This document shows, piece after piece, positions 59,085 to 64,000 of a stretch of 64,000 nucleotides of DNA. How positions within the stretch are numbered: position 1 is the first letter of the stretch; every line of letters begins with the position of its first letter. The position numbers were made by a program, and so were the translations under genes. The notes beneath the pieces were generated by a model. That model was not told the origin of the DNA. It saw nothing but the letters and a program-made list of their open reading frames with translations, and did no database searches. The DNA is taken from assembly GCA_041653835.1 (NCBI GenBank), contig JBAZEP010000002.1:19061-83060 (forward strand), read 5' to 3'. The stretch comes from Candidatus Omnitrophota bacterium. GTDB taxonomy: Bacteria; Omnitrophota; Gorgyraeia; Gorgyraeales; Gorgyraeaceae.

Positions 59085-60295
59085 AAAACCATACCTTTCG
59101 GTATTACCACTATTCCCGAATCAGTGACGGTAAACCTCTTCCTGTCCTCATCCAGGTTATACCCTATCTCCATTTTCTGAGGGACTTTCACGTTTTTGTC
59201 TATGATCGCCCTTTTAACCCTGGCGTACCTGCCTATATCCACGCCTTCCATGAGTATCGAATCGCTAACCTCTGAAAAACTGTTTATTCTCACGTCCGGA
59301 GAAAGCACGCTGGATGACACTTTACCTCCGCTTATTATACAGCCGTTCGATATGATAGAATTCAATGCCATGCCTACCCTGTTAGTGTCTTCTTCAGTCC
59401 ACACGCTCTTGGCAGGCCCGTACTGCGCCTGGTATGTCCTGAATGGCCAGGCCTTATCATACAGGTTCATGGGAGGCACGACCTGTATCAGATCCATGTT
59501 CGCTTCGAAATAAGCGTCAATACTGCCCACATCTTTCCAGTATTTGGGCTGGTCTGTTTCTTTATCTTTAAGATTAAACGCGTAAACCTTTCCCGAAGAA
59601 AGCATCATTGGTATGATATTCTTCGCGAAATCATGCTTGGATTCTTTATCCCCCGCGTCTTTCTCTAAAAACTCTTCCAGGATATCCGTATTGAATATGT
59701 AGATACCCATTGAGGCATACACAAATTTCCCGCCGCCTATTTTTTCAACCTGCTTTCTCGGTTTCTCTATAAGGTTCTTTACCCTGGAATCCTTATCAAC
59801 CTCGCACACCCCGAATTCACCTGCTTTTTCTTTCGGGACTTCTATTACGCTTACGGTAAGCCCGGCGTTCTTTTCTTTGTGGAACTCCAACATCTCCCTG
59901 TAATTCATTTTATACACATGGTCACCCGCCAGGATCAGCACATACTTTGGTTTCTCGTCTTCTATCGCGTATATATTCTGGTAAATAGAATCAGCTGTGC
60001 CTTTGTACCACTGCTCATCCACCCTCTGCTGGGCGGGTATGGCGTCCACGTATTCGCCAAGCTCGCCGTTCAACACGTTCCAGCCCCTTGATATATGCCT
60101 TGTAAGCGAATAAGATTTATACTGGGTCAGGACATGGATCTTCCTCAGGCCCGAATTGATACAGTTCGAGAGCGTGAAATCTATTATCCTGTAGATACCT
60201 CCGAACGGCACAGCGGGCTTTGTCCTGTCCTTAGTAAGAGGAAAAAGCCTTTCCCCTTTGCCTCCGGCCATTATGAAAGTCAGAACGTTTCTCAT
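59081..60295 (-). CDS. glgC: Glucose-1-phosphate adenylyltransferase GlgC
   Basis: FIMAGGKGERLFPLTKDRTKPAVPFGG N-terminal signature. Confidence 0.88.
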   Translation of the reverse strand: MRNVLTFIMAGGKGERLFPLTKDRTKPAVPFGGIYRIIDFTLSNCINSGLRKIHVLTQYKSYSLTRHISRGWNVLNGELGEYVDAIPAQQRVDEQWYKGTADSIYQNIYAIEDEKPKYVLILAGDHVYKMNYREMLEFHKEKNAGLTVSVIEVPKEKAGEFGVCEVDKDSRVKNLIEKPRKQVEKIGGGKFVYASMGIYIFNTDILEEFLEKDAGDKESKHDFAKNIIPMMLSSGKVYAFNLKDKETDQPKYWKDVGSIDAYFEANMDLIQVVPPMNLYDKAWPFRTYQAQYGPAKSVWTEEDTNRVGMALNSIISNGCIISGGKVSSSVLSPDVRINSFSEVSDSILMEGVDIGRYARVKRAIIDKNVKVPQKMEIGYNLDEDRKRFTVTDSGIVVIPKGMVL

Positions 60296-60333
60296 AAGAG
60301 ATTTATTTTACAATAATCACGGATAAAATGCAA

Positions 60334-61086
60334 TTAAAATAAAGCGGATTTAAGCAGGCTGCGCGTATATTCATTGGCGGGATGCTTGAATACATCCTCG
60401 CACAAACCGGATTCCACTATCCTGCCCGACTTCATCACCATGACCCTGTCGCATATAGAGCCTATGACCCCCAGGTCATGGCTTATAAAGAGATAGGTAA
60501 GATTTTTCCTTTTTTGCAGATCTATCAAAAGATTCAATATCTGCGCCTGTATGGATATGTCAAGGCTCGATACAGGCTCATCGCATACGATGAATTCCGG
60601 GCTTGTAGCAAGCGCCCTGGCAATGCCTATGCGCTGGCGCTCCCCGCCTGAAAGTTCCGCGGGAAGCCTGTTTAGATATGACTCTCCAAGGCCCACTGTT
60701 TCCAGAAGTTCTATGGCTTTATTCCTCTTCTCGCGGCCCGGGATATTTTTATGGATATCATACACCTCTTCTATCACCTCTCCAGCCTTCATCCTGGGAT
60801 CAAGAGAGGCATATGGGTCCTGGAATATTACCTGCAGGTCTTTGCGCAGGTTTCTCATATCACTGTAAGAGATCAGGTTTAAATCTTTTCCTTTATAAAA
60901 GATACTGCCTTTATCCGCATTTATAAGGCGCAGGAGCAGTTTCGCGAGCGTTGTCTTCCCGCACCCCGACTCTCCCACGAGCCCCAGGATCTCTCCTTTA
61001 AAAACAGGAAAGCTCACGCCATCCACGGCAGTGACCCTGTGCCTCTTGTAAGCCTTGCTCAGATTATCTACCTTTAATAATTCCAT
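60334..61086 (-). CDS. Peptide ABC transporter ATP-binding protein (OppF/DppF-like)
   Basis: Walker A GESGCGKTT, LSGGERQR signature, Walker B. Confidence 0.85.
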   Translation of the reverse strand: MELLKVDNLSKAYKRHRVTAVDGVSFPVFKGEILGLVGESGCGKTTLAKLLLRLINADKGSIFYKGKDLNLISYSDMRNLRKDLQVIFQDPYASLDPRMKAGEVIEEVYDIHKNIPGREKRNKAIELLETVGLGESYLNRLPAELSGGERQRIGIARALATSPEFIVCDEPVSSLDISIQAQILNLLIDLQKRKNLTYLFISHDLGVIGSICDRVMVMKSGRIVESGLCEDVFKHPANEYTRSLLKSALF

Positions 61087-62041
61087 CTGCTCTAAGGTCC
61101 TTTATCCTTATGCATCTCGATACATGTCCCGTTGATACATTTTCCAGTTCCGGTTCTTTTTCCGCACACTTGTCTATCTTGAACCTGCACCTGGGGGAAA
61201 ACTTACAGCCTTCGGGTAATTTGGAAAATAAAGGCGCCCTGCCGCCTATCGCGTTAAAAAGTTTTTTCCGGTGCTCGAAGGACGGCACAGAATCTATAAG
61301 GCCGATCGTATAAGGATGCCCGGGGTTGGAAACTATTTCCTCTTTGGGCCCGCTCTCCACTATCTTCCCAGCGTACATTATGCTGATTTTATCGGCAATA
61401 TCAAAAACCACCCTCAGGTCATGGGATATAAACAGTATAGACAGGTTCATTTTATTTTTTAATTCCACGATAAGGTCCAATATCTGGCGCTGGACAGTGA
61501 CATCGAGCGCTGTGGTCGGCTCGTCCAACACCACTAAATCCGGTTTGGACGCTATTGCCATGCCTATCACGGCCCTTTGCTGCATGCCGCCGGAAAGCTC
61601 ATGCGGATATATATTTTTCCTGCCTATGATCTTTTCAAGGCCGATACTTTCCAAAATCTCCGCTATTTGACCGTCAGCATTGTTTTTTTCTCCCAGCGAT
61701 TCTTTTATCTGCTCATATATCGTGAACACGGGGTTTAACGAGCTGAAAGGTTCCTGGAATACATAGGATATTTTCCTGCCCCGTATATCCCTTAACCCTT
61801 CTTCGTCCATTTTTAATATATCGTTACCCTCGAACAATATCTCTCCTGACGTTATACTGCCTTTCCGCTCAGGCATAAGTTTTGTTATGCTGAGCCCGAC
61901 TGTTGTCTTACCGCAGCCTGATTCGCCTATAAGGCCGCGGCATTCGCCTTTATCAATACCCAGGTCCACCCCGCGCACTACTTCCATCGCGCGGCTGCCG
62001 GATCTATAATTGACTTTGAGATTTTTTATTTGTAATAACAT
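61064..62041 (-). CDS. Peptide ABC transporter ATP-binding protein (OppD/DppD-like)
   Basis: Walker A GESGCGKTT, LSGGMQQR, C-terminal oligopeptide-ABC extension. Confidence 0.85.
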   Translation of the reverse strand: MLLQIKNLKVNYRSGSRAMEVVRGVDLGIDKGECRGLIGESGCGKTTVGLSITKLMPERKGSITSGEILFEGNDILKMDEEGLRDIRGRKISYVFQEPFSSLNPVFTIYEQIKESLGEKNNADGQIAEILESIGLEKIIGRKNIYPHELSGGMQQRAVIGMAIASKPDLVVLDEPTTALDVTVQRQILDLIVELKNKMNLSILFISHDLRVVFDIADKISIMYAGKIVESGPKEEIVSNPGHPYTIGLIDSVPSFEHRKKLFNAIGGRAPLFSKLPEGCKFSPRCRFKIDKCAEKEPELENVSTGHVSRCIRIKDLRADGIIKGR

Positions 62042-62042
62042 G

Positions 62043-62834
62043 CTATTTTAAGAGTCTTTCCCTTATCCCCTCACCTAATAAATTATATCCCAGCACTGTG
62101 ATAAAAATCGCCGCGCCCGGGAATACCATCATCCACCAGCCCGCGCCCATCACAGCCTTTCCTTCGCTCAAAATATTGCCCCAGCTCGGCGTAGGCGGCT
62201 GCACCCCTATGCCTAAAAAACTCAAACTCGACTCCACCAGGATCGCTCCCGCTACCCCGAGGGTTATGCTGACAAGCACGGGTGCCATGGCATTGGGTAT
62301 AAGATGCCTTATGATTATCCTCGCGTCACCCGCTCCTATCGCGCGCTCCGCGTATATAAAATCTCTTTCTTTCAAGCTCAATATTTCCGCGCGCATGAGC
62401 CGCGCCATACCCATCCAGCTTGTGGCGCCTATTATTACCATTATATTTATTATGCTCGGCTCCATAAGCGCGATCACTGCGAGTATCAGGAAAAAAACCG
62501 GGAAACAAAGCATTATGTCTATAAATCTCATTATGACAGCGTCTATCCATCTGCCGTAATAACCCGCTATCGCGCCGAGCGCTATGCCTATCAACGCGGC
62601 GATGCCGACCGCTATCAAACCTACCATCAAAGATATCCTGCCGCCGTAAACCATCCTTGAAAACAGGTCCCTGCCCAGGCTGTCTGTCCCGAAAATATGC
62701 GAACTTGACGGAGGCGTAAGTATACTGCCGATATCTATCTCTTCCGGATTATAAGGCGCTATAAGAGGCGCGAACAGGGCCATTACAATAAAAAACCCTA
62801 CAATGCAGATACCAAAAATAGTTAATTTATTCAT
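62043..62834 (-). CDS. Peptide ABC transporter permease (OppC/DppC-like)
   Basis: BPD-transporter inner-membrane fold, 263 aa. Confidence 0.82.
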   Translation of the reverse strand: MNKLTIFGICIVGFFIVMALFAPLIAPYNPEEIDIGSILTPPSSSHIFGTDSLGRDLFSRMVYGGRISLMVGLIAVGIAALIGIALGAIAGYYGRWIDAVIMRFIDIMLCFPVFFLILAVIALMEPSIINIMVIIGATSWMGMARLMRAEILSLKERDFIYAERAIGAGDARIIIRHLIPNAMAPVLVSITLGVAGAILVESSLSFLGIGVQPPTPSWGNILSEGKAVMGAGWWMMVFPGAAIFITVLGYNLLGEGIRERLLK

Positions 62835-63811
62835 ATATGGTCTTCTAACTTTATCCGCGGGTCCACTGCCGCGTAAGAGATATCAGCCAATAGATTCCCC
62901 AGGAGAGTAAGGATAGCGCCTATCACCAGTACGCCCATTATCACGGGATAATCCCTTGCCATCACTGATTCATAAAAAAGCCTGCCCATGCCCGGTATGC
63001 CGAATATTGACTCGAATATAACGCTCCCGCCTATAAGGGCGGGCACGGACAATCCCAGGATAGTCACGACAGGTAAAAGCGCGTTCTTTAACGCGTGTTT
63101 ATAAAGCACTTCTTTTTCCGGCAGGCCTTTTGCCCTGGCAGTCCTTATATAATCCTGTTTCAGGACATGAAGCATACTGCTCCTCATGTATCTTGAAATA
63201 CCCGCGAGCCCGCCGAACGCGGAAACAAACACAGGCAGCGCCAGGTGCTTTGAGATATCCGCGATTTTCTCAAAAGTTCCAAACTGCTCGAATTCCAGGG
63301 ATTTTATCCCTGATACAGGCAAGAGCCCCCATCTCACTCCCACAAGCTCCATCAGTATAAGGCTCAGCCAGAAAGTCGGAATAGCGAAACCTATAAATAC
63401 AAAAACCGTCATGAACCTGTCGTAAAAACTTCCTTCTTTCACAGCCGATATCACTCCTATCGGAATGCCAATCAATAATATCAGTATAATTGAAATTAAC
63501 TCTATGGCGAGCGTAACAGGGATACGCTCCAGGATCTTCTGCATCACAGGCCTTGAATCCATAAAAGATATCCCGAAATCGAATCTCGCGAATCTTTTCA
63601 GCCATTCGATATACTGGATGTGAAGCGGTTTATCCAGGCCATATAGATGAGCGATCCTCTCCCTTGCCTCCATCGAAACCTTGGGATTGAACTGCGCCTC
63701 CATATCAGTAGGCCTGCCGGGCGCGATATGAATGACGCTGAATGTTATAATGGTTATGCCCAATAAAAGCACAACCAAACTTATTATCCTCTTAAAAATA
63801 TACTTCCCCAT
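62831..63811 (-). CDS. Peptide ABC transporter permease (OppB/DppB-like)
   Basis: 326 aa; typical OppB N-terminus [21 protein letters not shown]. Confidence 0.82.
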   Translation of the reverse strand: MGKYIFKRIISLVVLLLGITIITFSVIHIAPGRPTDMEAQFNPKVSMEARERIAHLYGLDKPLHIQYIEWLKRFARFDFGISFMDSRPVMQKILERIPVTLAIELISIILILLIGIPIGVISAVKEGSFYDRFMTVFVFIGFAIPTFWLSLILMELVGVRWGLLPVSGIKSLEFEQFGTFEKIADISKHLALPVFVSAFGGLAGISRYMRSSMLHVLKQDYIRTARAKGLPEKEVLYKHALKNALLPVVTILGLSVPALIGGSVIFESIFGIPGMGRLFYESVMARDYPVIMGVLVIGAILTLLGNLLADISYAAVDPRIKLEDHI

Positions 63812-63829
63812 CCCGCCTCTCTTTTCTCC

Positions 63830-63869
63830 TAAGGGAACATTTGTGACAGTGTCACAAATGTTCCCTTAG
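63830..63869. repeat. REP-like intercistronic palindrome (taagggaacatttgTGACAgTGTCAcaaatgttcccttag)
   Basis: 19 bp perfect inverted arms; overlaps the SBP stop codon and ends 19 nt before the oppB-like start. Confidence 0.7.
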
Positions 63870-64000
63870 CGGGTGTAACGTTGTTCCGCGCGGGGCACAA
63901 ACCATTTGATGAAATTATGGCCTATGCCTGCGGGCGCTACTTCAATACCTTTGAAACGGCTGTTCAATATAGGAAGCGCGTCCGGAACGTACAAAAACAA
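63866..64000 (-). CDS. Peptide ABC transporter substrate-binding protein (family 5), C-terminal fragment; partial at window edge
   Basis: C-terminus ...KGIEVAPAGIGHNFIKWFVPRAEQRYTR* immediately upstream of the permease genes. Confidence 0.6.
   Translation of the reverse strand: MFLYVPDALPILNSRFKGIEVAPAGIGHNFIKWFVPRAEQRYTR

Noticed and set aside
1-64000. A CRISPR array
   Set aside because: No run of evenly spaced direct repeats was seen. The only tandem repeat (51409-51518) has two units with no unique spacers.

Overview
This 64 kb window looks like a gene-dense chromosomal stretch from an AT-moderate bacterium, possibly a candidate-phylum or Omnitrophica/Elusimicrobia-like lineage; the taxon guess is inference only. 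Every coding region I can support lies on the minus strand. Reading in the minus-strand transcription direction the window holds: a peptide ABC transporter (opp/dpp-like), glgC, leuCDB, asd, truA, three hypothetical genes, a class II aldolase-like gene, rplM-rpsI, a full arginine cluster argCJBDFGH, a lysine/DAP cluster lysA-dapF-dapA-dapB-dapL, folK-panC-panD-nadA-nadX, two membrane+TPR proteins, an M20 peptidase, uvrA, a TPR protein with an exbB-exbD-tonB-like system, a complete type IV pilus locus (PilX-like, HTH, PilM-N fusion, PilO, PilP, PilQ, PilB, PilC, four pilins in two paralogous pairs, two pseudopilins), tRNA-Ala(CGC), rsmE, another membrane+TPR protein, a MiaB-family methylthiotransferase, cvpA, a Nif3-like gene, dnaG-rpoD, a lipoprotein, and an NYN-domain gene. 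The noncoding DNA carries more structure than an ordinary window. (i) Two inverted copies of a roughly 190 bp long-hairpin element have a conserved core, compensatory stem changes and different but self-complementary outer arms. (ii) A third long palindromic element sits next to one of them. (iii) A family of about 40 bp REP-like palindromes with a TTGACA-N-TGTCAA centre lies exactly in intercistronic gaps. (iv) The 5' end of the window has a 30 bp perfect palindrome, 20 bp inverted repeats and a reiterated ATGCCTrTAtG motif. (v) A truncated tRNA(CAU) 5' half lies upstream of the NYN gene, which is preceded by an intrinsic terminator abutting its RBS. (vi) A 62 bp tandem duplication spans a gene 3' end and the rplM promoter. 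(vii) A 40-codon ORF with a strong Shine-Dalgarno is absent from the ORF track. No CRISPR array, rRNA, transposase or integrase was seen.
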